Below are positions 28,232-36,633 of a stretch of 52,666 bases of DNA, in pieces. This DNA is from a virus (taxonomy: Duplodnaviria > Caudoviricetes): positions 1 to 52,666 of IMG/VR virus record IMGVR_UViG_3300036781_000342. One strand, given 5' to 3'. How positions within the stretch are numbered: position 1 is the first letter of the stretch; every line of letters starts with the position of its first letter. A program made the position numbers and the translations under genes. A model generated the notes under the pieces. The model was not told the origin of the DNA. It was given only the letters and a program-made list of their open reading frames with translations, and searched no databases.

Positions 28232-28262
28232 ACAAATGAAAAGCCCCGCACTGTGGCGGGGC
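28232..28262 (-). terminator. Intrinsic terminator of the leftward block, exact inverted copy of 27873-27903
   Basis: 31/31 reverse-complement identity. Confidence 0.75.
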
Positions 28263-28284
28263 CTAGGGTTTCATTTGTATGTCG

Positions 28285-28407
28285 TCATGGCGGCGGCCTG
28301 GCGCGGTTCGACCAATCGACCAATCGGCCAACGATGCGCTCGACAAGAGAGGGCAGGACGCTGAAGGCGACTATCAGCAGGGCGAGCAGGATTACGAGCT
28401 TGATCAT
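28285..28407 (-). CDS. Small membrane protein (40 aa)
   Basis: MIKLVILLALLIVAFSVLPSLV; ATGA overlap. Confidence 0.5.
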   Translation of the reverse strand: MIKLVILLALLIVAFSVLPSLVERIVGRLVDWSNRARPPP

Positions 28408-28652
28408 GTGGGCTGCTCTGCGATCGCCAAGATATGAACCCAGTTGCGTCTGTGAAACTCGGCCTCAACATGCCGCGTCATGTGCGTCCCGTACACGTTG
28501 GCGCGTTCCGCCATAGACCTCGCCACTTCCGCGGGGCTGCGTTTCGCCATCACAGCCCAGGGTGATGTCGGATAGGCGTAAGCCGTTGCGCCTGTCTCTG
28601 TGTCGCCCACCATGAAACCGCCGGAACGGTCGAACCTGCCAAGCAAAGCCAT
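28404..28652 (-). CDS. Hypothetical protein
   Basis: AGGAG RBS. Confidence 0.65.
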   Translation of the reverse strand: MALLGRFDRSGGFMVGDTETGATAYAYPTSPWAVMAKRSPAEVARSMAERANVYGTHMTRHVEAEFHRRNWVHILAIAEQPT

Positions 28653-28653
28653 G

Positions 28654-28965
28654 TCACACGCTCCTGATGATTTGATAGCCAGCGGACCTAAGTTGGTCCG
28701 TCCATGACTCGCCGCCATCGTCGCGGATCTTCACCGCGCCAATGGTCATGTTGTGGGCGGCCGCCGTCTCGTCGGGGCCGCTCCCGAGCTCCCAACGTTT
28801 CACCGTCGCCCACTCGCCTGCGGCGCTGCAGGTGCAGTGGCCGGGGCTAGGCTGGTGAAACTGTATGGTGGCGATGTGCTCGCCCCTGGCGTCCAGGACC
28901 GTATAGGCAGACGCGATCGTGTTGGTTGGCGGGGTGGCCGGTGTGAGGCGCTGTGCGGCGTTCAT
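28654..28965 (-). CDS. Hypothetical protein
   Basis: ATGA overlap with the upstream gene. Confidence 0.6.
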   Translation of the reverse strand: MNAAQRLTPATPPTNTIASAYTVLDARGEHIATIQFHQPSPGHCTCSAAGEWATVKRWELGSGPDETAAAHNMTIGAVKIRDDGGESWTDQLRSAGYQIIRSV

Positions 28966-29240
28966 TGGCCGTCTACCTTCGTCGGGTAGCGCTGGCTGCC
29001 GTGAGCGAACACGAACACGTAGGAGCCGTTAGGCAGGCCGCCGACGATCAGTTCGTCGCCGTAGGGCAAGCCACTCCAGCCCAGCTTGTTGCAGAGCGCC
29101 ACCGCGGCCCGCGCTGCGTTCTGCTCGAGGTGCAACGCGTGGTCAACGCCTAGCGTGATCGAACCCGACGCGCACGTCGCTTTGTAGCGGCTGCCGCGAA
29201 TGTTCGTCGGTCCCAGAAACTTCACTTGGATGGCTTGCAT
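28962..29240 (-). CDS. Phage hypothetical protein (MQAIQVKFLGPTNIRGSRYKA type)
   Basis: GGGAG RBS; familiar phage N-terminal pattern. Confidence 0.75.
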   Translation of the reverse strand: MQAIQVKFLGPTNIRGSRYKATCASGSITLGVDHALHLEQNAARAAVALCNKLGWSGLPYGDELIVGGLPNGSYVFVFAHGSQRYPTKVDGQ

Positions 29241-29438
29241 TGTCTGTCTCCCGTTGTCTGACGTGTGACACTCTAGGCGTGTGAAATCGCTCAATCCTTG
29301 GCCATGCGGCAGAGCCGCAGTGCTACGATCAAGGCGAGTGCAAAGGCGATTAGGTAGGCTGTCAGCATTGTCTGTCTCCTGTCGGTTGACGCTCAATGAG
29401 GCTGTGACGCGAACGCCACAGCCCTGGGAGCGCCAGCG

Positions 29439-29642
29439 CTACTTGCCAGCGCTGCCTGCGCCACCGTCGCCACCGACGCCGCTGGTTGCCTTGGACGGGT
29501 CGCCGCACGAATAGCCGCTGTTGACGTACAGCGTCTTGCCGTCGCGCGTGACGGTGCAGGTGCCCATGGACGGGTCCGGCAGGCTTTCGCCGCAAGCGGC
29601 AAGGGTGACGGCAGCGACGGCGATTGCGATGATCTTCGACAT
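29439..29642 (-). CDS. Small lipoprotein
   Basis: Lipobox LAAC; AAGGAG RBS; two further Cys. Confidence 0.75.
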   Translation of the reverse strand: MSKIIAIAVAAVTLAACGESLPDPSMGTCTVTRDGKTLYVNSGYSCGDPSKATSGVGGDGGAGSAGK

Positions 29643-29759
29643 GATGGTTCTCCTTTGCTGGCCGCGGGATTGCGGCTTTGAGCCGTTGGCGCTCAATGAA
29701 GCGTCACCTTGCGGGTGACGCTCTAGGAACGTCAGGGGTCTGTCGTGTGGTGTCTGGTG

Positions 29760-29975
29760 TCAGACGCTGGATGCGTGCGAAATCGGCTCAAGGTTGACGC
29801 CAAACAGGCGGGCCATGACGCCAGCGAGGAAGGCGCGGTAGCACTCGCGACCATCCTGCATCGCCAGGAACATTTCGCCTGCAGTGGCGGGCCGGTCTGC
29901 GCCAATGGCGTACCACTGGGTGAGTAGCGGCGTGATGTCGGTGTGGAAGCCGTTCGGCTCTTTGCGCAGGGTCAT
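29760..29975 (-). CDS. Hypothetical protein
   Basis: AGGA RBS. Confidence 0.55.
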   Translation of the reverse strand: MTLRKEPNGFHTDITPLLTQWYAIGADRPATAGEMFLAMQDGRECYRAFLAGVMARLFGVNLEPISHASSV

Positions 29976-30051
29976 TCGTCTTTCCTGTTGTTGCTGGCAC
30001 TCACTAGAGGGGCGGCGGTTTGGAGCCGCGCGCCACTCAGGCGATGGTCAG

Positions 30052-30315
30052 CTATTCGGCGTCGGGGTCGACCAAGGTGATTTGGTCTTCGGTCCATTCG
30101 TCGCCGTTCTCGTCGAGGAACACCGTCTTGCCGTCGCGTGTGACGGTTTCCATGGCGTCCCAGAACATCTCCGAGCCACCTTCGTGGTCATAGCCAATCG
30201 AACCGTCTTCGTTGCGATAGAAGCACGCGATCTCAGCGCGAGCCGGGCACATCTCGTACGTACCGAGGATGGCGGCGCCGGTTGGGCTGATAGCTGCGAA
30301 TGTCTTTGTGGTCAT
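30052..30315 (-). CDS. Small acidic hypothetical protein
   Basis: GGGAG RBS after the repeated promoter. Confidence 0.7.
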   Translation of the reverse strand: MTTKTFAAISPTGAAILGTYEMCPARAEIACFYRNEDGSIGYDHEGGSEMFWDAMETVTRDGKTVFLDENGDEWTEDQITLVDPDAE

Positions 30316-30398
30316 TGCGATGTCTCCCGTTGCGATGTCCACTTGTATGTCACTTGTATGTCTGATGTCAACACGAATCAGACGATTATTTTTGACAG

Positions 30399-30608
30399 TC
30401 AGCCGCGCTCGGCCACTCGTTTCGCGTCATCAAGGCGACGGATGTGTGCTGCGAGCGTGCGCCAGTCTCGCGCGCCTCCCGGCCACGTAACGGCGCGCTG
30501 AACGTTGTAAGAACCGGGCCGGTCACGGTAGACGATGGCTTGCGCCACACCGTCCTTGTCGTGCGCGACGGAGCGACCGTCTTTCGTTGTCCATGTCCAA
30601 GCTGGCAT
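30399..30608 (-). CDS. Hypothetical protein
   Basis: AGGGGG RBS after the repeated promoter. Confidence 0.65.
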   Translation of the reverse strand: MPAWTWTTKDGRSVAHDKDGVAQAIVYRDRPGSYNVQRAVTWPGGARDWRTLAAHIRRLDDAKRVAERG

Positions 30609-30690
30609 TGATGCCCCCTGTTTGCGATGTCCATTTGTATGTCACTTGTATGTCTGATGTCAACACGTATCAGACGATTATTTTTGACGG

Positions 30691-31014
30691 TCAGGCCGCC
30701 ATGATCGCGGCCTTGGCCGCTTCCTGATTGTCGAAATCGACGAAGTATGCGGCCTTGTCGAAAAGGCGCTGGGCGTGCGCTTGCGGCTCGCCGACGATCG
30801 TCATCACCTTCGTTGCGCCGTAGCGGTTGGAGTAGCTGTAGACAGGCGATGCAGGGTAGGCGCGGTATTTCTTGAGCAGGCCATCGCGCGTTGCACTCTC
30901 CGCTCGGACGATGCGGATGTTGTGCCGCTTCGTTGGCTCACGCCCAGAGCCGAAAGCGAAATGCGTCACATGCGTTTCGATGATGGCGCAGATATCGCCT
31001 TTCTTGATTGTCAT
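30691..31014 (-). CDS. Hypothetical protein
   Basis: GGGAG RBS after the repeated promoter. Confidence 0.7.
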   Translation of the reverse strand: MTIKKGDICAIIETHVTHFAFGSGREPTKRHNIRIVRAESATRDGLLKKYRAYPASPVYSYSNRYGATKVMTIVGEPQAHAQRLFDKAAYFVDFDNQEAAKAAIMAA

Positions 31015-31153
31015 CGTCGATACTCCCGTTGCGATGTCCATTTGTATGTCACTTGTCGTTACAAGCGTCAACAGACATCAGACAGACAAATTGACGGAAT
31101 AGCTGAACAACGTTAACTTATCGCTGTTCAGTTATGAATCGGAGTGACGGAAT

Positions 31154-31603
31154 TTGCCCGACAAGACAGGCCGACTAGGCGCACAAGAGCGAACGTTTGT
31201 GCAAGCCATGGCCGCTACAGGTGACAAGCGATACGCGGCCGAGAAGGCGGGTTATTCCCAACCGCTCACATCGGCCAGCAAGGCACTCGCGCGGCCGGCG
31301 GTGCACGATGCAATCGTCAAGCTGCAGCAACAGCGGATGACGAATGAGGCGCTACCGCTGGCCGTGCAGGCGTTCATTGACGTTCTGAGCGATCCCAAAA
31401 CAGGCGCAATGGCCAAGATTGCGGCCGCAAAGGTCGTGTATGAGAAAACAGCGACGCAGACAGACACGGCAGACAAGCCGATTCATGAGCTGACGTTGGC
31501 AGAGCTCAACGCGCGCATCGTGGCGCTGTCCGACCAGGCTCGAGCGGTCGACGTTGAGATCCTCGAGCAAGAGCCGGCCGCCTCGAGCGGCGTTTTCGAG
31601 TGA
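31154..31603 (+). CDS. Terminase small subunit-like HTH protein
   Basis: QERTFVQAM..AAEKAGYS..ASKALARPAV. Confidence 0.75.
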   Translation: MPDKTGRLGAQERTFVQAMAATGDKRYAAEKAGYSQPLTSASKALARPAVHDAIVKLQQQRMTNEALPLAVQAFIDVLSDPKTGAMAKIAAAKVVYEKTATQTDTADKPIHELTLAELNARIVALSDQARAVDVEILEQEPAASSGVFE

Positions 31604-31851
31604 CTTGCGCGCAACCTGCCTAGCTCGACACGTATATAATGCAGCAAACACAGGCAGTGTCGTGGCCTATCGTAGGCCACGATGCTGCCACCTGGCTGCC
31701 GTGCGTCGCCGTTTCATGCAGGTATGGTGCCCGGTACCGGCCCCCGGCCCACGGCTCGACGCGCCAGTTCAAGGCCGCGTATCAGGCCCGTACTAATTTG
31801 CCCCGACAGGATCGGTCTGGACACTTTGTCCTACGAAACGTCTGAGATGTC

Positions 31852-31881
31852 TTGACACAAGACAGACACCGGACGTACACT
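31852..31881 (+). promoter_or_regulatory. Sigma70-like promoter
   Basis: TTGACA-18-TACACT flanked by GTCTGA and CAGAC boxes. Confidence 0.65.
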
Positions 31882-32110
31882 CCGCATCGTTCTCCCAAAG
31901 CCGCCCAGCGTATCGGTCGGCCGCTTAGCCCCGACGGAAACAGGGTTCACACCCCGCCAATCCCGTCGGGGCGGTTTTTCCAAGTTTCGTCTGTAACTGC
32001 CGTAACACCGGCAGCCCGTAAGGGCCTCGGGACAGGTCGCAAGACTCCTCCCGAGGTTCGCCCCACCACCCGGAGCCCTCACCATGACCCAAGGCATCTA
32101 GGAGCCCTCC

Positions 32111-32419
32111 ATGGCCGACGCCAATCCGTTCCTCCAAGCCGGCGAGACCTACGCCGCCCAGCTCGACGCCGAGCTCGCATCAGCGCAGGCCGCCGCCAAG
32201 TCACTCGCCGAGCAGGCAGCCCAAGCCGTCAAGAACCTCGCCGAGACCAAGGCCAAGTCCGTCCTCGCGCATGGCGCGCTCGACGCCACGAAGCTGGCCA
32301 CCGGCGCCATCAAGCTTCCGAGCAAGACGGCCGAGTACGTCGCGATCGGCTCGGTCGTGCTGCTGACCGCCGTCGGGCTGTACGCCGCAGGCCACGCCTT
32401 CCTCGGGTGGCCGCTGTGA
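32111..32419 (+). CDS. Coiled-coil protein with C-terminal TM
   Basis: AGGAG RBS; Ala-rich helix and hydrophobic tail. Confidence 0.7.
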   Translation: MADANPFLQAGETYAAQLDAELASAQAAAKSLAEQAAQAVKNLAETKAKSVLAHGALDATKLATGAIKLPSKTAEYVAIGSVVLLTAVGLYAAGHAFLGWPL

Positions 32420-32664
32420 GCGGCGCCGAGATCGCGCTGCTCATACTCGCCGGCTGGTACCTGACGGCGTGGCTATTCCTCGCCATCACGGCCGACGTCG
32501 ATCTGCTCGACCGGGACGCCGGATTCCGGCTCACGGCGGTCTTCCTCGGCAGCCCGGTGCTGCTGGGACTGCTCGTGTGGTTCTGGGTCCAGGACTTCGC
32601 CGCACCGACGGCCTGGGCGTACCTCAAGCGCTGCTGGCGCACCCGCCGCGGCTACTGGAACTGA
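32416..32664 (+). CDS. Small membrane protein (2 TM)
   Basis: GTGA overlap; two hydrophobic stretches. Confidence 0.6.
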   Translation: MSGAEIALLILAGWYLTAWLFLAITADVDLLDRDAGFRLTAVFLGSPVLLGLLVWFWVQDFAAPTAWAYLKRCWRTRRGYWN

Positions 32665-32666
32665 TC

Positions 32667-32867
32667 ATGCCGCCGTTCACCAAGACCACCGCACCCAAGA
32701 AGTCCCCCGCGTTCGCGACGAAGCCGGCTCCGGTTCCGTCGGACATGGCGGACCAGTTCTACGCATCTGGAAAGGCGGCCGGGAAGGCCCCAGGCGCCAA
32801 GCTGCCGCAGCCCAAGGCCAGCGCGCCGAAGACCTCGAGCGTGCCGCTGTTCGGCGGCAAGAAGTAA
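32667..32867 (+). CDS. Small basic Pro/Ala/Lys-rich protein
   Basis: Strong codon bias; 66 aa. Confidence 0.6.
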   Translation: MPPFTKTTAPKKSPAFATKPAPVPSDMADQFYASGKAAGKAPGAKLPQPKASAPKTSSVPLFGGKK

Positions 32868-32999
32868 CCGAGACCCGCCAACGGCTGGCGTGCGGGGCAA
32901 GCGGGCGAAGCCGCCCTAAGCTGATCCAAGACTTCCTCGCGGTCTGGCCGGCAACTCAAGGCCACCGAAGGATCAGCAGCCGACCGTCTGACGTCCGTC

Positions 33000-33028
33000 T
33001 TGCTACGTCAGACAATTCGCCTTACAAT
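33000..33028 (+). promoter_or_regulatory. Sigma70-like promoter
   Basis: TTGCTA-17-TACAAT with TCAGAC in the spacer. Confidence 0.6.
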
Positions 33029-33179
33029 GCTCAAGAGCACAGCGATTGTCTTCCGCTAGCTCGAGATAGGGCGCGGTCTGGTGACGTTGAGGGGCGTTCG
33101 CCGGGCTGACGCCAAGCAGTGAGCTCTGCTCCCGCGCCCTGTCACTTCCTCCCTCGCGACGCAACGATGAGGTAGGACG

Positions 33180-33464
33180 ATGTCGCTTCCGGCAGCTTAT
33201 GCGATGGTGGGTTTCGAGCAGGTGTCGTTGTCAGACAGCAGCGCGCACGGCCCCGCCAGTGTCCCCGCCAACGCCGCCATGGCCATCATCATACCCGAGG
33301 GCGGCGACCTGCGATTGCGCGCCGACGGCACCGATCCGACCGCGAGCGTCGGCATTCCGGTATTACAGGGTGCGGAGTGGGATCACCCCTGCGACCCGTC
33401 GAAACTGCGCTTCATCCGACAGACTGCCGTCACCGTCACCGTCAACATAGCGTATTTCCAGTGA
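33180..33464 (+). CDS. Small beta-rich virion protein (spike base/adaptor-like)
   Basis: LRLRADGTDPTASVGIP pattern; upstream of the tailspike. Confidence 0.6.
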   Translation: MSLPAAYAMVGFEQVSLSDSSAHGPASVPANAAMAIIIPEGGDLRLRADGTDPTASVGIPVLQGAEWDHPCDPSKLRFIRQTAVTVTVNIAYFQ

Positions 33465-34936
33465 ATATCCCCGGCCTCGGCGGCCGGCGCGGGTTCGGTG
33501 GTCTTTCTGCCCGGCGTTTTCCTGATTTGGGGGCTTCCAGGTCGAAGGCGTATCTGTTCGTCGATCCGGTTGGTGGCAACGACAACAACTCAGGCGCAAG
33601 CTGGTCCAAGGCGATCGCCGGCGGCTCGGTGGCGCTCGCCGCCAAGATCAAGCCCGGCATGACTGTCACGGTGAAATCCGGCACGACGCTGCGCGCCGTG
33701 TTGCCGAGTGCATCCGGCGTATCCTATGTCTGCACGGGTGCAACCATCCTTGGCTCAGAAGCGCTGCCGGTCGGCAGTGCCACTCTGGTCAGCGGAACAA
33801 AGTACAAGATCGCCACTTCGCTGCATCGCCCCAATACCGGGGGCACCACCGCGACCAACAGCATCTACCTCTACACGAACGGGGTCGGATACAACGGCAC
33901 GGACGATCCGACTCCGGTTCCGAAGAACGCCACCAACTCCGCCTCGGTGGGCACGAACGAATGGTCGATGCCGGGCGACGGATTTCTCTATTTCGATCTT
34001 GGCCGCGCCGTCACGGCCGACGACGTATTCGAGATGCCGCAACGCAACGGCGCGTCTATCGAGCATTCGGGAATGCGCATCCTCGGCGGCACCTGGCGTC
34101 ATGCCGAGGGCAAGACAATCCTGATTGGCAGCGTCAACCAGATCAGCGGTGCGGAGGTGGGCCATATCGATGCGGCCTGGGCCAGCGACGACGGCGTGAA
34201 CGTCAAGGGCACCGCGGGCGGCTGCACCGGGATCTACATCCACGACAGCACGTTCCACGACCTGCAGTACGATGGCGGCGGCGGGGGCGACGGCATCAGC
34301 TTCGAGAACGCGACGCCCGGCAACAGCGGTCTGATCGAGCGTTGCAACTTCATTCGCTGCGGCAAGACGGCGCTCGGCATGTCGGACAGCAACGTCGTCC
34401 GCTATCACGACCTGTATTGCGATGCTTCGTCAATCGCGATCGCCGGCAGCGGGACGCAAGCCGGCTCGCACGTCTTCACCCGCATCCGCATGGTCAACGA
34501 GTGGCCGCAGGTTGCGACCAATGTTCACTACTTCTACGTCTTTCCCTTGTGTCACGCCGCTACCGTCGTCGACATCAACGGCCTATCGGTCTATCGCGGC
34601 ACCGGAACCACGGCCAGCCTGCGCGCGGTTCGCCTGCAGTCCGGCGACTGCCGCATCCACAACGTGGTGGTAGAGGGCGTGGGCGCCAGCACGACGATGG
34701 GCGCGGGCTTCATGCAGTCTGGCGATACGTTCACCGAAAGCAACTGCGCGGCGCACGGCTGCGACGCCAATTTCTTCGGCACCTGGCCGGGAACCAACGA
34801 CCTCACCTTGTCGGGCGCGCCGTTCACCAACGCCGCGGCGGGAGACCTCACGCCGACTTCGCAGATTGCAGGCAAGGGCGTCGGCGGCGTCGACATCGGC
34901 TACACGGCGGTTCCGGCGCTGCCCGCGCCCGGCTAG
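33461..34936 (+). CDS. Right-handed beta-helix tailspike / depolymerase-like protein
   Basis: FVDPVGGNDNNSG; DDGVNV, GDGISF beta-helix rungs. Confidence 0.75.
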   Translation: MNIPGLGGRRGFGGLSARRFPDLGASRSKAYLFVDPVGGNDNNSGASWSKAIAGGSVALAAKIKPGMTVTVKSGTTLRAVLPSASGVSYVCTGATILGSEALPVGSATLVSGTKYKIATSLHRPNTGGTTATNSIYLYTNGVGYNGTDDPTPVPKNATNSASVGTNEWSMPGDGFLYFDLGRAVTADDVFEMPQRNGASIEHSGMRILGGTWRHAEGKTILIGSVNQISGAEVGHIDAAWASDDGVNVKGTAGGCTGIYIHDSTFHDLQYDGGGGGDGISFENATPGNSGLIERCNFIRCGKTALGMSDSNVVRYHDLYCDASSIAIAGSGTQAGSHVFTRIRMVNEWPQVATNVHYFYVFPLCHAATVVDINGLSVYRGTGTTASLRAVRLQSGDCRIHNVVVEGVGASTTMGAGFMQSGDTFTESNCAAHGCDANFFGTWPGTNDLTLSGAPFTNAAAGDLTPTSQIAGKGVGGVDIGYTAVPALPAPG

Positions 34937-35009
34937 GTCAACTCTCCCTTTCGGCTGTCTGAATTGTCTGATATCATTCAACACCGTCAGACAACCAGGC
35001 CGCAGCATC

Positions 35010-36407
35010 GTGAGCTATCCATCCAAGTCCGACCCGGCCTACGACTACGAAGGCTTTCAGGAATCGCAGCCGGCAACCCCGCTGCCGGCCGACCACGTCG
35101 TCGTCGACTTCGCTAACCTGAAGACGGCGAGCGACGCGACAATCGACTTCCTCAAGCTGTTTGCAACCTCGGAAGGCCGCATCCTGGCCGCGGCAGCGCC
35201 CGGCGGCGAAGACCTGACAGCCTACGTCGCCACGGCGACCGCGGCAGCGACCGCAGCCTCTGCGTCGCAGACTGCGGCGGCATCGTCTGCCACAGCGGCG
35301 GCTGCCTCTGCCACCACTGCGGCCGCAACCGCCGGCTCCATCGTCGGCACCGCCACTGACTCTGTCGCTATAGCGACAGGATCTAAGTCGTTCACGACGC
35401 AGACCGCCAAAAATTTCGCCGTCGGCGCGTGGGCGACGATCGCCAGCGCCGCCGACGTGACCAATTTCATGTTCGGCCAGGTCACAGCCTACAACAGCGG
35501 GACCGGCGCGCTCACCGTCAACGTGACGTCGGTCGGCGGTAGCGGGACGCACTCCGACTGGACGATCAGCGTCTCGGGCGTGCAGGGCGTAAAGGGTGAC
35601 AAGGGCGATACCGGCCCGGCCGGCTCGGGCGGCACGGACGCTACGGGCGTCGTCAAATTCTTCACGGGCCGCATCGCCGAGATCCCCAGCGGCTGGCTGC
35701 CGCTGAACGGCGCGACAGGCAAGTCACGCGCCACCTACTCCGACCTCGTCGCGGTGTGGATCAAGAGCTCCACATTCACGGTGACAATCGCGTCGCCGGC
35801 TGTCGTGTCGAAAACGGCCCACGGTCTGGACGATGGCGACCCGTGGGTTGCTTCGACCACGGGCGCGCTGCCTACCGGCATCACGGCAGGCACGACCTAC
35901 TACGTCGTTGCCATCGGCGCCAACAGCTTCTCCCTCGCCGCCACGCCAGGCGGCGCGGCGATCAACACCACAGGCTCGCAATCCGGCACGCACACTTACG
36001 TCTCGGCGCTGTGCGGCGTCGGCGACGGCTCGACAACGTTCGACATGCCTGATTGGAGGGGAACCACTCCAATCGGCCACGACATGATGGGCTCGACGGC
36101 CGCCGACAACCTGACGAATGCGAACGAAGGCATCTACGGTCGCAGCAACGGCAAGATTGGCGGCGCCAACCACGACGCTGTCGTCAACACGTTGCACAAC
36201 CACAGCGGCACGTCGCCGGTCGTCACCGGAACGAGCGGCGCGCTGTACGCCTCCAACATCAATAACGCAGATCCGACGCTGATTCAGTTCAACGCCGTAA
36301 CCGGCATCGGCGCCGGCGGCGGAACGACAGGCAGTTCCGGCACCGCGAGCGCGCAATACAAGCGCGTTGGCCGTGTCGCCACGGGTATCTGGATGGTGAA
36401 GACGTGA
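35010..36407 (+). CDS. Tail fibre with collar domain
   Basis: Ala/Thr stalk, short collagen GVQGVKGDKGDTGPAG, PSGWLPLNG..SRATYSDL..GDGSTTFDMPDWRG. Confidence 0.85.
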   Translation: MSYPSKSDPAYDYEGFQESQPATPLPADHVVVDFANLKTASDATIDFLKLFATSEGRILAAAAPGGEDLTAYVATATAAATAASASQTAAASSATAAAASATTAAATAGSIVGTATDSVAIATGSKSFTTQTAKNFAVGAWATIASAADVTNFMFGQVTAYNSGTGALTVNVTSVGGSGTHSDWTISVSGVQGVKGDKGDTGPAGSGGTDATGVVKFFTGRIAEIPSGWLPLNGATGKSRATYSDLVAVWIKSSTFTVTIASPAVVSKTAHGLDDGDPWVASTTGALPTGITAGTTYYVVAIGANSFSLAATPGGAAINTTGSQSGTHTYVSALCGVGDGSTTFDMPDWRGTTPIGHDMMGSTAADNLTNANEGIYGRSNGKIGGANHDAVVNTLHNHSGTSPVVTGTSGALYASNINNADPTLIQFNAVTGIGAGGGTTGSSGTASAQYKRVGRVATGIWMVKT

Positions 36408-36619
36408 CGCCCGACGAACGCGATCGCCTGGCGCGGCTCGAGGCCGAGCATCGCACCCTCAAGGAATGGACGGAGTCGATCGACAAGAAGGTCGACCGTC
36501 TGCTCGAGGCCGCGAGCATGGGCAAGGGCGCGTGGTGGGCAATGTTGCGCGTCGGCGGCCTGATGGTGCTCGTGGCCACCGCTGGCGCTTGGATTTTCGA
36601 TCACTTCCCTCGCAAGTAA
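36404..36619 (+). CDS. XhlA-like small coiled-coil and TM protein
   Basis: RLARLE..IDKKVDRL, then TM. Confidence 0.65.
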   Translation: MTPDERDRLARLEAEHRTLKEWTESIDKKVDRLLEAASMGKGAWWAMLRVGGLMVLVATAGAWIFDHFPRK

Positions 36620-36633
36620 CACGAAGAGGCTTC

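Larger units (their letters stand above)
30330..31070 (-). promoter_or_regulatory. Three copies of a ~67-bp leftward promoter unit (30330-30396, 30622-30688, partial 31029-31070)
   Basis: Copies 1 and 2 differ at 2 positions; minus strand TTGACA-18-TACAAG; each precedes a short gene. Confidence 0.8.

Noticed and set aside
30330-31070. CRISPR or integron attC array
   Set aside because: Repeats are promoter-like and not palindromic like attC, are separated by whole genes, and the integrase looks phage-type
33461-36407. Diversity-generating retroelement or invertase acting on the tail fibre
   Set aside because: No reverse transcriptase, TR/VR pair or invertase seen
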